Shown here: positions 49,388 through 59,761 of the stretch, in pieces
Layout of the letters: each line of letters opens with the position of its first letter
How positions within the stretch are numbered: position 1 is the first letter of the stretch
Origin: an uncultured Thermoleophilia bacterium
Lineage (GTDB): Bacteria; Actinomycetota; Thermoleophilia; UBA2241
NCBI GenBank assembly: GCA_963702475.1
Contig: CAVPCT010000004.1
Location: forward strand, 320,001 to 384,000
Length of the DNA: 64,000 nucleotides
Reading direction: 5' to 3'
Translations under genes and position numbers: made by a program
Notes under the pieces: model-generated
What the model was told of the DNA's origin: nothing
What the model saw: only the letters and a program-made list of their open reading frames with translations
The model's database searches: none

Positions 49388-49774
49388 ATGACCGACCAAG
49401 TCCAGACTCGCATCCGCGTCGCCGTGCCCTCCGAGGCGCCCGGCGGCTTCGACGCCCCGCGCTCCGGCCACTTCGGCCGCAGCCCGAACTTCACCCTCAT
49501 CGATATCGTGGACGGCGACGTTGCCGCCGTCGACGTGGTCGCCAACCGGCCGCACACGCACGGCGGCTGCATGTCCCCCGTCGTCACCCTGGGCGAGAAC
49601 CTGGTGGACGTGGTGATCGTGGCCGGCATCGGCCATCAGCCGCTGCTCGGCTGCGTGCAGGCCGGCATCCGCGTGTTCGCCGGCGAAGACCGGCCGGACG
49701 TGCGCTCGGTCGTCCAGGCGTTCGTCGACATGGAGCTCTCGCCGGTCGGGCCGGACGCGACCTGTTTGCACTGA
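49388..49774 (+). CDS. NifB/NifX-family protein
   Basis: RVAVPS, SGHFGR, PHTHGGC; paralogue of 12752-13129. Confidence 0.82.
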   Translation: MTDQVQTRIRVAVPSEAPGGFDAPRSGHFGRSPNFTLIDIVDGDVAAVDVVANRPHTHGGCMSPVVTLGENLVDVVIVAGIGHQPLLGCVQAGIRVFAGEDRPDVRSVVQAFVDMELSPVGPDATCLH

Positions 49775-50067
49775 CCGACGCAGAGCGTCAGCCGGCGGTG
49801 CGGCGAGCAGGCACCGCCTACTGGATGTCTGGGCCGCTCCGGTCGAATCCAGCCCCTCGCGTGCCCGCGCCGCTGTTCACGTCGCTTCATATCATCGGCA
49901 CCCCGTCCCGGCCTCGCGACCATCAGTCGGCCGCCGGACACACAGCATCCTCCCTCGGGTCGCTCCCGGAGGTCGGCTGCGTGCGACGGCGACCGGACGA
50001 TGGTTCGTGCCTCGGGGAATACACAGGGGGTGACCGTTCAGACCACCACGGGAGCGGAGGTCCTTCC

Positions 50068-50529
50068 ATGCAAGCACCGCAGCAGATCACCCCGACGGGG
50101 CTCGCAGACTACTTCGACGTACTCACCAAGGCCGTGTTCCAGTCGGGCCTGAGCTGGCAGGTCGTCGAGGCCAAGTGGCTCGGCTTCCGCGACGCGTTCG
50201 CGGGGTTCGACCCGACGAAGGTCGCGGCGTTCGGCGGCGACGACGTGGAGCGGCTCGCCGCAGACACGCGCATCGTGCGCAACCGCAAGAAGATCGAGGC
50301 CACGGTGACCAACGCCCAGCGGATGGTGGAGCTCGACGCGGGGGACGGCGGTTTCGCAGGCTGGCTGGGGTCGCGCGGCGATTTCGCGCAGACGGTCGCC
50401 GCGCTCCGTTCCGAGTTCCGCTTCATGGGCGACATGGGCTGCTACTTCTTCCTGTACGTGGTCGGCGAGCCGGTGCCGACGCACGAGGAGTGGATGAAGT
50501 CGCACCAGCCGGCGGCGCGGCGCAGGTGA
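50068..50529 (+). CDS. DNA-3-methyladenine glycosylase I-like protein (short form)
   Basis: FQSGLSW..V..KW..F..AF..FD, IVRNR.KI.A...NA, F.FMG. Confidence 0.78.
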   Translation: MQAPQQITPTGLADYFDVLTKAVFQSGLSWQVVEAKWLGFRDAFAGFDPTKVAAFGGDDVERLAADTRIVRNRKKIEATVTNAQRMVELDAGDGGFAGWLGSRGDFAQTVAALRSEFRFMGDMGCYFFLYVVGEPVPTHEEWMKSHQPAARRR

Positions 50530-50606
50530 CGCGGCCCGGACGCCGGGTCCGCCAACCTGGCGGTTGACGTCAGCCATGCGTACATCGACACACCGGGAGG
50601 TACCCC

Positions 50607-51077
50607 GTGAGTAAGACCAGACCCGACGACGCGGACCTCAAGGCGCGCCTCACCGAACTGCAATACCGCGTGACGCAGCGCGAGGGCACCGAGCCGCCGT
50701 TCGACAACGAGTATTGGGACGAGCACCGCGACGGCCTGTACGTGGACGTCGTGAGCGGTGAGCCGCTCTTCAGCAGCCGCGACAAGTACGACTCGGGCAC
50801 GGGGTGGCCGAGCTTCACGCGGCCACTGCGGCCCGAGTCCGTGACCACGAAGACGGACTACAAGCTTCTGATGCCGCGATCCGAGGTGCGGGCCGCCGGC
50901 TCCGGCTCGCACCTGGGCCACGTGTTCGGCGACGGTCCGCGGCCGACGGGGCAGCGCTACTGCATGAACTCGGCGGCGCTTCGCTTCATCCCTAAGGAGG
51001 ACCTGGCGGCCGAGGGGTACGGCGAGTTCCTGCGCCTGTTCGATGAAGCCGGCGAGGCCGGCGACGGAGACGGGTGA
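50607..51077 (+). CDS. msrB: peptide-methionine (R)-S-oxide reductase
   Basis: [33 protein letters not shown]. Confidence 0.95.
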   Translation: MSKTRPDDADLKARLTELQYRVTQREGTEPPFDNEYWDEHRDGLYVDVVSGEPLFSSRDKYDSGTGWPSFTRPLRPESVTTKTDYKLLMPRSEVRAAGSGSHLGHVFGDGPRPTGQRYCMNSAALRFIPKEDLAAEGYGEFLRLFDEAGEAGDGDG

Positions 51078-51202
51078 GGCCGGCCGGAGCGCCGGGCACG
51101 GCGCGGGGCGGCGGCCTCCGGGCGGCGACGCGTGCCGGCTGGGTCGCAGGCTCGCGACGGCTCCGTGTCGCGAGCCTGCGCACGCTTGGATAGGATTCGC
51201 GT

Positions 51203-51817
51203 GTGAGCACCTACCGGAGCGAAGAAGAAGCCGTGATCGGCCTGGCGAGGCAGCTCGCCGACGCCTGCCGCGAGGCGGGCACCGAAGAGGACATGGCGTA
51301 CGCCGCCGACGCGGTGGACGACTTTCTGCACGACAACGACACGCACGCGCCCGCCGAGGCGCTCATCGCGTTGCTCGACCTGCCCATGAACAAGCACACC
51401 TGGCCCCTCGTCGACAGCGTTGAGGAGACGCTCATCGCGCGGGGCTGGGAGGTCGTCGAGCCACTGCTGGCGGCCGCCTTGGGGCGTGTGTACGACCTCG
51501 CCGGGCCGGTGCCCACGCGGGCGCGCGAGACGCTGAACGGGTTGCCCGGCGGCAAGTTCATCTTCGGGCTGATCGACGTGCTGAGGGGAAAGGGCGACGA
51601 CGACCTCAAGCAGGCGGCCGTGAAGGAGCTCGTCGCGTTCGGTCAGACGGCCGAGCCGGCACTGCTGGAGGCGCTGGACCATCCGGTGGCAGAGCCTTGG
51701 GCGCAGGACGCGCTGGGCGACCTGAGGGCGGCGCGCGAGGAGGCCAGGCTGCACGACGACCTGGAGCGTGCAGCCAAGGGGGACGACCGTGTGGGGGGGA
51801 GAACAGGAGATGACTGA
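51203..51817 (+). CDS. hypothetical helical (HEAT-like) protein
   Basis: Acidic, Leu/Ala-rich ORF with GC3-biased codons; overlaps the amidase start. Confidence 0.6.
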   Translation: MSTYRSEEEAVIGLARQLADACREAGTEEDMAYAADAVDDFLHDNDTHAPAEALIALLDLPMNKHTWPLVDSVEETLIARGWEVVEPLLAAALGRVYDLAGPVPTRARETLNGLPGGKFIFGLIDVLRGKGDDDLKQAAVKELVAFGQTAEPALLEALDHPVAEPWAQDALGDLRAAREEARLHDDLERAAKGDDRVGGRTGDD

Positions 51818-53240
51818 CGGGACGAGTCTGGCCGGCCTTGCCGAGGGGGTGGCCGTCGGCGAGCTATCCGCCGCAGACCTCGTCGCGCTCGTGTACGAGC
51901 GCGTCGGACTGCACAATGCGCGGATCAACGCCGTCGTGGCGCTGCGCAGCGAGGAGGAGGCGCTGGCCGAAGCGCGCGCTCTTGATGAGCGCGCGCGCCG
52001 GGGAGAGCCGCTCGGACCGCTGGCCGGAGTGCCGTTCCTCGTCAAGGATTCACAGGACCTCAGCGGCCTGCCGACCCGGCATGGGTCGTTGCTGCTCGAG
52101 GACGCGCCGCCCGCGGAGCGCGACGCGCAGAGCGTCGCGCGGCTCCGGGCGGCCGGCGCTGTGCCGGTCGGCAAGACCAACGTGCCCGAGTTCTGCTTCG
52201 AGGGGTTCACCGCCAACCGCCTCTTCGGCGAGACGCTGAACCCGTGGGCGCCGCGGTGGTCTCCCGGCGGCTCCAGCGGCGGCTCCGCCGCCGCCATGGC
52301 CGCCGGCATGGTCCCGTTCGCGACGGCCACCGACGGCGGCGGCTCCGTGCGCATCCCCGCCTCGTTCTGTGGGCTGTACGGACTCAAGCCCACCACCGGC
52401 CTCATCGCCCGGGAGGCTGCTCCGGACTGGCTCGACTACACCACCGACGGGCCGCTCGCGCTCTGCATGGCCGACCTGCGGCTGCTGCTGCAGGCGCAGG
52501 CCGGCCATGCGCCGGGCGACCCGGCCTCGCTCCCCACCCAGCTGGTGCGCCGCGTGCTGTGGGCGGGCGGCGAGCCGACACCCTCCGTCGTCCTCGCGGC
52601 GCCGCGCTTCACCGACTGGGGGCCGTTGCCCAATGCGGTGGCGGACCTGTTCGACGCGGCCCTCACCAGCCTCGAGAAGGACCTCGGCCTCCGCGTGGAG
52701 CCGCTGGCCCCGGCGCAGATCTTCGGTGGCCTCAACGTGGACGAGGACTGGTGGCTGACGGCCGCCTGTGAGCAGGCACGCGAGTTCGGCGCCGACGCCC
52801 TGGCGGCCGAGGAGTCGCGCGTGCACCCGGCGTTCTTCAAGGCGATGGAGTACGGTCTGAGCGTGACCCTCGACGACTACCTCGGCGCGCGTCGCCGGCG
52901 CTTCGGCTTCATACGCGCTCTGGACGAGCTCCTTGGCGCCGACCGCGTCCTGGTCACGCCCACGATGCCGGTGACCGGGTTCACGGCCGACGGTCGCGAG
53001 ACCGGCGCGACCGAGGCCGGCACCCGCTGGTCGTCGTACAACACGCAGGCCCAGAACGTGACCGGCCACCCTGCGCTCACCGTGCCGGCCGGTGTTGCGC
53101 CGAACGGCGTGCCCTTCGGACTGCAGATCACCGGCCCTCGCTACGGCGATGCCCTTATCATTGCGCTCGGGGAAGCGTGGGAGGAGGCTCACCCGGCGAC
53201 GGCTGTGGCGCCGGGATTCGACGCGTTCCCCGGCGCCTGA
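51810..53240 (+). CDS. amidase-signature family amidase
   Basis: GVP..VKD, GKTN.PE, GGSSGGSAAA, TDGGGSVRIPAS. Confidence 0.92.
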   Translation: MTDGTSLAGLAEGVAVGELSAADLVALVYERVGLHNARINAVVALRSEEEALAEARALDERARRGEPLGPLAGVPFLVKDSQDLSGLPTRHGSLLLEDAPPAERDAQSVARLRAAGAVPVGKTNVPEFCFEGFTANRLFGETLNPWAPRWSPGGSSGGSAAAMAAGMVPFATATDGGGSVRIPASFCGLYGLKPTTGLIAREAAPDWLDYTTDGPLALCMADLRLLLQAQAGHAPGDPASLPTQLVRRVLWAGGEPTPSVVLAAPRFTDWGPLPNAVADLFDAALTSLEKDLGLRVEPLAPAQIFGGLNVDEDWWLTAACEQAREFGADALAAEESRVHPAFFKAMEYGLSVTLDDYLGARRRRFGFIRALDELLGADRVLVTPTMPVTGFTADGRETGATEAGTRWSSYNTQAQNVTGHPALTVPAGVAPNGVPFGLQITGPRYGDALIIALGEAWEEAHPATAVAPGFDAFPGA

Positions 53241-53402
53241 GGCGCGCCACCGCTTTCAGGAGCGGGCCGGGGCCGAGTGCCCTGCCTGCGCGACGGTGCT
53301 TCGCCGGTCGCGCCGTCGACGGGCCGCCGCGTTCTCCTTGTCCGCGCTTGCACAATCTTCCGCAACCGCGTCGCAACACAGACTTCACATTAGGCCCCGA
53401 GA

Positions 53403-53596
53403 ATGGCGTCAAGCCATACGACGGCATCGACGGCTGCCCCCCCGGCCGTCGGGACGCGACAGAGTCCGGTGCGCCCCCACCGTGTCGCTCCCACCATTGC
53501 CCGGGCGGACTACCTCCTGCGCCCGGGAGCCGCTGGCCCCATATGGGCCGCGACGACTGCCCCCCAGTCGTCGCGGCCCATCCCCCTTTCTGGGGC
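53403..53596 (+). ncRNA. candidate structured sRNA with C-rich loops (6C-like)
   Basis: Four consecutive hairpins; loops C6, CGCCCC, ACCTCCT-containing and C5; strand inferred. Confidence 0.45.
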
Positions 53597-53692
53597 GTGA
53601 ACGGCACAGACGGCATCGAGCGGCAGCCAACGAGGAGGACGCACCGCACGCGGGTACGATGCGCCCATGACCCTGCCTGCCTGCACCCGCGG

Positions 53693-54412
53693 ATGAGCGG
53701 TCCGGCTTCCTCTGCCGGTGCACCCGTACCGCACCCCCGGTGGTTCCAGGACGCCCTCATCGTAGGGAGCCTGCTCGCGCCCGAGGGTGCGGCGGCATAC
53801 GACACGGCGATGCGCTGGTGGCACTGGTTGCCCGAGGGCCAGGCCTGCGGGCCCGGCGCGGAGGCTCGCCGCTGCCTCGGTCCACTGCTCCGACGGCTCG
53901 TCCGAAGCCGGGCAACGGCTCGTGCGCTTCATCACCCCGAAGCGCAAACAGGCGATGCACCCGGTGCTCCTCGGCGTGCGCTTCGAGCTGGTGTTCATCA
54001 AACCGGAGCGCATGGCCGGCGCGGAACTGCTGGGGGAGCCCGGGCTCCGAGTCTTCGCGTGACCTGCCGCGAGCGCACGCTCATCGACATGCTGGACCGC
54101 AGCGACCTCTGCGGCGGCGTGCCGGCCGTAGCCGCGGTCCTGCTCCGCGTGTGGCCCGAGCTCGACCTCGAGCGCCTGAGCGTGGTCTCCAGGAGCAGTT
54201 CGGGGGCGGCACGGTGCCGAAGAAGGCTCGGCTACATCGCCGAGCGCATGGGCCTGCTGCTGCCCGACGACCCGCTGCTGGAACGGTGGCGCCGACTCAT
54301 CGGCGCCGGGTACTCACTTCTGGAGCGCGGCGGCGAGCCGCGCGGTCGTTTCGTGCGGCGCTGGGGCCTGCGGGACAACGTCCCGGAGCTCGAGGGGCTC
54401 AGCCCTGGCTGA
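53693..54412 (+). pseudogene. type IV TA antitoxin AbiEi-like gene, truncated or frameshifted
   Basis: AY.TAM..W, VRF..V.IKPE, VT.RERTLIDMLDR.DLCGG, RRLGY, RWGL..N in different frames. Confidence 0.6.
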
Positions 54413-54576
54413 TCGCGTGGCCTGAGAAGGGTGTCGCCACGCGCGTCATCGGCGCGGCGCGACCTTCGTCGCGCCTCGCACGCGGCGACCCCTCCTCGCA
54501 GGCGCCCCGGGCATGGTAGCGTTCGCTGAACGCTGAGCGGCGACCCCGGTCGGGGCGCCGCGGGGAAGGAGCGCCG

Positions 54577-54861
54577 ATGGGCTGTTGTCTGATCGTGGGC
54601 GTGCTGGCCGCCTCGCCACGCCTCATCCTGCTGGGCATGTGGCTGTTCACCGACTACCTCACCACCGCGGGTATCGCGTTCGCGTGGGGACTCATCGGCT
54701 GGATCTTCCTTCCGTGCACGACCATCGCCTACTCGATCGCCGTGAACTCGTTCGGCGGTCTCCAAGGTTGGGGGACTGTCGTGTTCGCCGTCGGCATCCT
54801 GATCGACATCCTGATCTACGCGAGCGGCGGGCGCAGTCGGCGGGAGCGCGCCTCGACCTGA
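54577..54861 (+). CDS. small membrane protein
   Basis: MGCC...PR, G.IFLP.TT.AY; AAGGAG RBS. Confidence 0.7.
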   Translation: MGCCLIVGVLAASPRLILLGMWLFTDYLTTAGIAFAWGLIGWIFLPCTTIAYSIAVNSFGGLQGWGTVVFAVGILIDILIYASGGRSRRERAST

Positions 54862-54915
54862 CGGTCGCGGAGAGCCCGCCGCATCGCCGAGGTGTGCGAC
54901 CGGCGGTGACGGGCG

Positions 54916-56243
54916 TCAGTCCCTGGGCGGTGCGGCCGCCGGCCGCGCGGCGAGTGCGGGGCCGTCGTCCGGCGGCGGCGAGAGGCCGGCTCCGCCGGCC
55001 ACCACCACGCCGGACGCAGCCGCCACACGTCCTTCACGAGCAGTACCCAGAACGCCACGACCACGCCCAGGATCGCACTGGCCCAGCAGACGGCCGTCAC
55101 GCCGAAGGCCTGGGCGAGGGGGCCGGCCAGCGCCAGTCCCGCCGGCCAGAGCGCCATCGACGCCATCCAGTCCCAGGCGACCACGCGGCCCAGGGATTCC
55201 TCGGGGATCTGCGTCTGTAGCGTGGTGTTCCAGATGGCCACGAGGATCCCGACGGCGACGCCGCGCAGGCCGTACACGACCCCGAGCGTCCACGGGTCTC
55301 CTGAGATGGCCATGGCCAGCGGCGCCGCGACGGCGGTGCTCCCCGTGAGCGTGACCACGATCATCGGGCGCTTGGGCCGGTAGCGGAGCGCCACCATGGC
55401 GCCGGCGATCATGCCCGCGCTGAAGATCGCCTGGAGCCAGCCCCACACGGCGGCGCCGTAGCCCTGCTCGCGCAGTCCCAGCGGGCCGAGCACCTGGAAC
55501 GGCGCGATGACGACGAACAGCACGAGGCACACGCGCAGGAGCATCACCCAGAGCCAGGTGCGCGACCTGACCTCACGCCAGCCCGCGCGCAGTTCCGCGA
55601 AGAAGCCGAGCACGGCCTCGCTCTTGACGACGGCGGGGATCCGGAGCGTCGCCAGGAAGGCCGCACTGACGAGAAAGGTGGCGCCGTCCACGGCTATCGC
55701 ACCGCCGGCGCCGATGAGGGCGACGAGGGTGCCGGCGATGGCGGGCCCGACCATCCAGCCGAAGTTGTCGCTCATGCCCATCAGCGCGTTGGCCTGCTGC
55801 AGCCGCGCCGGCGGCACGATCTGCGGCAGCAGGGCGCCGGCTGCCGGGCGGAAGAACGCCTCTGCGGCGCCGTGCGCCGCCGCCAGCACGGCGAGCTGCC
55901 AGATCTGCGCCGCGCCCGTGAGCAGCAGCACGGCGCCGATGATCTGTACCGCCGCGCGCACGAGGTCGCTCGCCATCATGAGGCCGGCGCGCGGCAGCCT
56001 GTCCGCCCACACGCCGCCGACCAGGGCGAGCGCGACCAGCGGCAGGCTCTGCGCCGCGAGCACGATGCCGAGGTCGGTGCCCGAGCCGGTGAGGTCGAGC
56101 ACGGCGAAGGTGAGCGCCACCGGCGTGATGCCGTCGCCGAACACCGAGATCGACTGCGCGACGAACACGTTGCGGAAGTCGCGCAGCCGGAGGAGTCCGG
56201 CGCCTTCGCGCAGGCGGCCGGGGACAAGTCGTGAGAGCGCCAT
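54916..56243 (-). CDS. MFS transporter (H+ antiporter-3-like); ORF as read ends at 54816, true end probably 54916 after a frameshift near 55010
   Basis: GD....VAL.FAVL, GGVWADRLPR, AFF.PA, LQ.ANA. Confidence 0.85.
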
Positions 56244-56331
56244 GCTCCGAGTCTACTAGGCTCGGGGCCGGCTGCTCACCGGTGCGGCGGCGTTCCGGGA
56301 CGGGCTGCCGCCGCGGCGCTGACCGCCGCCC

Positions 56332-57096
56332 TCAGCTCGACAGTTTGGTGGCGCCGCGCGCCGCCCAGAGCGCCATGATGCCGGTCACGGTGGCGAACCC
56401 GAACGTCACCCCCAAGCCCACGAGCAGCGACGAGGCGCTCCAGCCGACGTTGATGAGCGACCGCATGGAATCGAACACGTAGGTCGTCGGGTTGATGGTC
56501 GCCGCCACCTTGAGCCAGGTCGCCGTGACGTATTCCTTCGGCACGAACGTGTAGCTCAGGAAGATCAGCGGGAAGAAGGCGAAGGTCGCCGCCTGGGCCG
56601 CCGCCGCGTTCTTGGTCTTCAGCGCCATGAAGGCCGCATACCCCGCGAAGGCCATACCCCAGAGGAAGGCGAGGACCACCACCATCAGGAAGCCGAGCGG
56701 ACCGGTCGCGATATCGAGTCCCATGGCCAGGGCGAGGAGCATCACCAGAACGACCTGGCCGGTGAGGATGATGGCGCTGGCCACCATGGGCCCCCAGATC
56801 ACGGCCAGACGCCGTGTCGGCGTGAGCAGGAGCTTGGTGAAGTAGCCGTTGTCGATGTCCTTGATGAGGGTCTGTCCGGCGAGCCCTGCGCCGCCGACGG
56901 CGGCGGACACGATGCTGACCGGCAGGATGAACCCGAGGTAGGTGCCCACGAAGCCGGGGAGCTGCTCCACGCTGTTGAGGCCGCTGTTGTAGACGAACAG
57001 GAAGAACACGCTGATGGCGATGTTCGGCACGATGGTGGCCGGCTGCCGCAGGGCGTTGCGCAGCGAGCGGCCGATGAGGATGAGGATGTCGTTCAT
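56332..57096 (-). CDS. ABC-2 permease (DrrB-like)
   Basis: D...GY..KLLLTP, FFPLIFLS, NP.TY; ATGA overlap with the ATPase. Confidence 0.88.
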   Translation of the reverse strand: MNDILILIGRSLRNALRQPATIVPNIAISVFFLFVYNSGLNSVEQLPGFVGTYLGFILPVSIVSAAVGGAGLAGQTLIKDIDNGYFTKLLLTPTRRLAVIWGPMVASAIILTGQVVLVMLLALAMGLDIATGPLGFLMVVVLAFLWGMAFAGYAAFMALKTKNAAAAQAATFAFFPLIFLSYTFVPKEYVTATWLKVAATINPTTYVFDSMRSLINVGWSASSLLVGLGVTFGFATVTGIMALWAARGATKLSS

Positions 57097-58226
57097 GACC
57101 CGGCCTCCTCGTCGGGGACGACGGGTCTGGCGCCGCCCGTCGCGTTGGGCGCGTCCTCGAGGACGGCGGCGACGAAGGCGGCCTCGGCGGCGGCTCTGCC
57201 GCCGCCCGACCCGCCGCCGGAGCCAGAGTCGCCGCCGCGCTCCTCCGTCGCGGCGCCTTCGTCGATCTCGTGCTCGAGCGCCTGGCCGGTGACACGCAGA
57301 AACACGTCGTCGAGGGTGGGCTGCTCGATGGTGAGGCCCTGGAGCCTGATGTCGGCGCCGTCCAGGGCCCGGACCAGCTCGGGCACGTTCTCGGCGGCGC
57401 GCCCGAAATACAGGCGCAGGTCGCGGTTCGCCGTCTGGCGGCTCGGTGCGACCGGCGCGAGGACGTCGGACGCGCGCGCCGCGTCCTCGCGCGAGCCGAA
57501 CTGCAACTCCACGACCTCTTCGCCGACCTCGCGCTTGAGCTCTGCCGGCGTGCCGTGTGCGACGATCCGGCCCCTGTCGATGATGGCGATCTCGTCGGCG
57601 AGCCTGTCCGCCTCCTCCAGGTACTGCGTAGTGAGGAAGATCGTCATGCCCCGCTCGGTGTTGAGGCGGCGGACCTCTTCCCAGATCGCCGCCCTGCTGG
57701 CCGGGTCCAGCCCGGTCGTCGGCTCGTCGAGGAACAGGACGCGCGGATCGTGGACGAGCGCCAGCGCCAGGTCGAGACGCCGCTTCATGCCTCCCGAGTA
57801 CGAGCCCGCGCGTTTCTTCGGGTCCACGTCGTCGAGGCCCACGGTCGCCAGCAACCGCTCCGCAGTCTTCTTCGCCCTGTCGCGGGAGGTGCCGAAGAGC
57901 TCCGACTGCAGGACGAGCAGCTCGCGAGCCGTCATCAGCGGGTCGAGTCCCACGTCCTGTAGCGCCACGCCGATCGCCTGACGCACCTTGCCGCCCTGTC
58001 GCTGCACGTCGTAGCCGGCGACGGTCGCGCGCCCCGCCGTCGGGTCCAGGATCGTCGTCAGGATCTTCACGAGCGTCGACTTGCCGGCCCCGTTCGGCCC
58101 GAGGAAGCCGAAGATGCGGCCGCCGGGGATGTCCAGGTCGACGCCGTCCACTGCGCGTTGCGCGCCGAAGGAGCGGCGCAGTCCCTTCGCTCGGATGCTG
58201 CGGTCCTCGCCGTTGAGCTGTGCCAT
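57093..58226 (-). CDS. DrrA-like ABC ATP-binding protein
   Basis: GPNGAGKST, YSGGM.RRLDLA, LFLDEPTTGLDP. Confidence 0.92.
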   Translation of the reverse strand: MAQLNGEDRSIRAKGLRRSFGAQRAVDGVDLDIPGGRIFGFLGPNGAGKSTLVKILTTILDPTAGRATVAGYDVQRQGGKVRQAIGVALQDVGLDPLMTARELLVLQSELFGTSRDRAKKTAERLLATVGLDDVDPKKRAGSYSGGMKRRLDLALALVHDPRVLFLDEPTTGLDPASRAAIWEEVRRLNTERGMTIFLTTQYLEEADRLADEIAIIDRGRIVAHGTPAELKREVGEEVVELQFGSREDAARASDVLAPVAPSRQTANRDLRLYFGRAAENVPELVRALDGADIRLQGLTIEQPTLDDVFLRVTGQALEHEIDEGAATEERGGDSGSGGGSGGGRAAAEAAFVAAVLEDAPNATGGARPVVPDEEAGS

Positions 58227-58362
58227 GCCGCCCTCCTCGGTCGCCGGGCTCCGACCGGTACTCGCACGAGCCCCCGGCTGTTTGAGAACGATTCCCAGGT
58301 GGAGGCGGGGTCAATCGTCGGTGCGACGGGTAGAACCCGGGCAGCGACCCCAGGAGGCCCCC

Positions 58363-59733
58363 ATGCCCGTGTTCGAGACGCGCGCCGTCATGCCTGTTCC
58401 CGTCGAGGAGCTCTTCGCGTACCATGCGCGCCCCGGCGCGTTCGAGCGTCTGGCGCCGCCGTGGCAGCGACTGGATATCGTGGAACAGACCGGCGGTATG
58501 CGCGACGGCGGCCGAGTCGTGTTCGACGTGCGCCTGGGGCCGGCCAGGAAGCGCTGGGTCGCCGAGATGTCCGGCTTCCGCGAAGGCGCGCAGTTCGTGG
58601 ACACGCAGGTGGAGGGGCCCTTCGCGCGCTGGCAGCACACGCACCGGTTCGTGGCGGTGGATGACTCCACCAGCGAGCTTGTCGACCACGTGGAGTACGG
58701 GCTGCCGGCCGGCGGGCTCACCGAGTGGTTCGGTGAGGGGCCGGCCGAGAAGCAGCTGCAGCGGCTGTTCGCCTTCCGTCAAGAGCGTACGCGGCTCGAC
58801 CTCGAGCGACACGCGCTGTGGCGCGAGCGACCGCGCCTCAAGGTCGCCATAACGGGCGCGAGCGGTCTGATCGGCTCGCACCTCTCCGTGTACCTGACGA
58901 CCGCGGGGCACGAGGTCGTGAAGCTCGTGCGCCGCGAAAACGCCGGGCCGAGTGAGGTGTCCTGGGACCCGGCCTCCGGCCGGCTCGATCCCGACGACCT
59001 CGAAGGGGTCGATGCGTTCGTGAACCTTGCCGGCGCGACCATCGGGACGCTGTGGACGCCCAAGCGCAAGACGGCGATCATGGAGAGCCGTCTGCAGGCG
59101 ACGGCGACGCTGGTCGAGGCGATCCTGCACATGCCGGCGCCGCCCAGGGTGCTCGTGTCGTCCTCCGCGGTGGGCGCCTACGGATCCCGCGGCGGGCTCG
59201 CCCTCACGGAGGAGACCGACCTGGGCGAGGGCTACCTGGCCGAGGTCTGCCGCGTGTGGGAGGCCGCGGCGGAAAGGGCCGCGGTGGCCGGCGTGCGCGT
59301 GGTGACGCCGCGGCAGGGCATCGTGCTCACGGCGTCGGGCGGGGCGCTCGCGCAGCAGCTCCCCGCCTTCAGGTCGGGCCTCGGCATCCGTCTCGGTGAC
59401 GGCAACCAGTGGTGGAGCTGGGTCGCCCTGGACGACGTGCTCGGCGCGATCGAGTGGCTGCTGCACGACGAGCAGCTCTCGGGTCCGGTGAATGTGACCG
59501 CTCCGGAGCCGGTGACCAATCTGGAGTTCGCCAAGACGCTGGGGCACGTGCTTCGCCGTCCGGCGGTCCTGTTCGCGCCGGAGAGGGTCGTGAAGACCGT
59601 GTTGGGCGGGATGGCCCGCGAGATGCTGCTGGCCAGCCAGCGGGCCGTGCCGATGAAGCTGAACCAGCGCGGTTTTCGCTTCGCCTTTCCCGAACTCGAA
59701 GGGGCGCTTCGCTACGAGGTCGGGCGGTCCTGA
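58363..59733 (+). CDS. SRPBCC/CoxG-like domain plus TIGR01777 family oxidoreductase
   Basis: HARPGAFERLAPPW, GPF..W.H.H; TGASGLIG, NLAG, SW..LDD, GPVN..AP. Confidence 0.88.
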   Translation: MPVFETRAVMPVPVEELFAYHARPGAFERLAPPWQRLDIVEQTGGMRDGGRVVFDVRLGPARKRWVAEMSGFREGAQFVDTQVEGPFARWQHTHRFVAVDDSTSELVDHVEYGLPAGGLTEWFGEGPAEKQLQRLFAFRQERTRLDLERHALWRERPRLKVAITGASGLIGSHLSVYLTTAGHEVVKLVRRENAGPSEVSWDPASGRLDPDDLEGVDAFVNLAGATIGTLWTPKRKTAIMESRLQATATLVEAILHMPAPPRVLVSSSAVGAYGSRGGLALTEETDLGEGYLAEVCRVWEAAAERAAVAGVRVVTPRQGIVLTASGGALAQQLPAFRSGLGIRLGDGNQWWSWVALDDVLGAIEWLLHDEQLSGPVNVTAPEPVTNLEFAKTLGHVLRRPAVLFAPERVVKTVLGGMAREMLLASQRAVPMKLNQRGFRFAFPELEGALRYEVGRS

Positions 59734-59761
59734 GGCCTACGCGCGCGCGGGCCGCCGGCGC

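Noticed and set aside
49780-50060. 280-bp intergenic region with a GGAGG-ATG short minus-strand ORF
   Set aside because: No recognisable peptide, RNA motif or repeat
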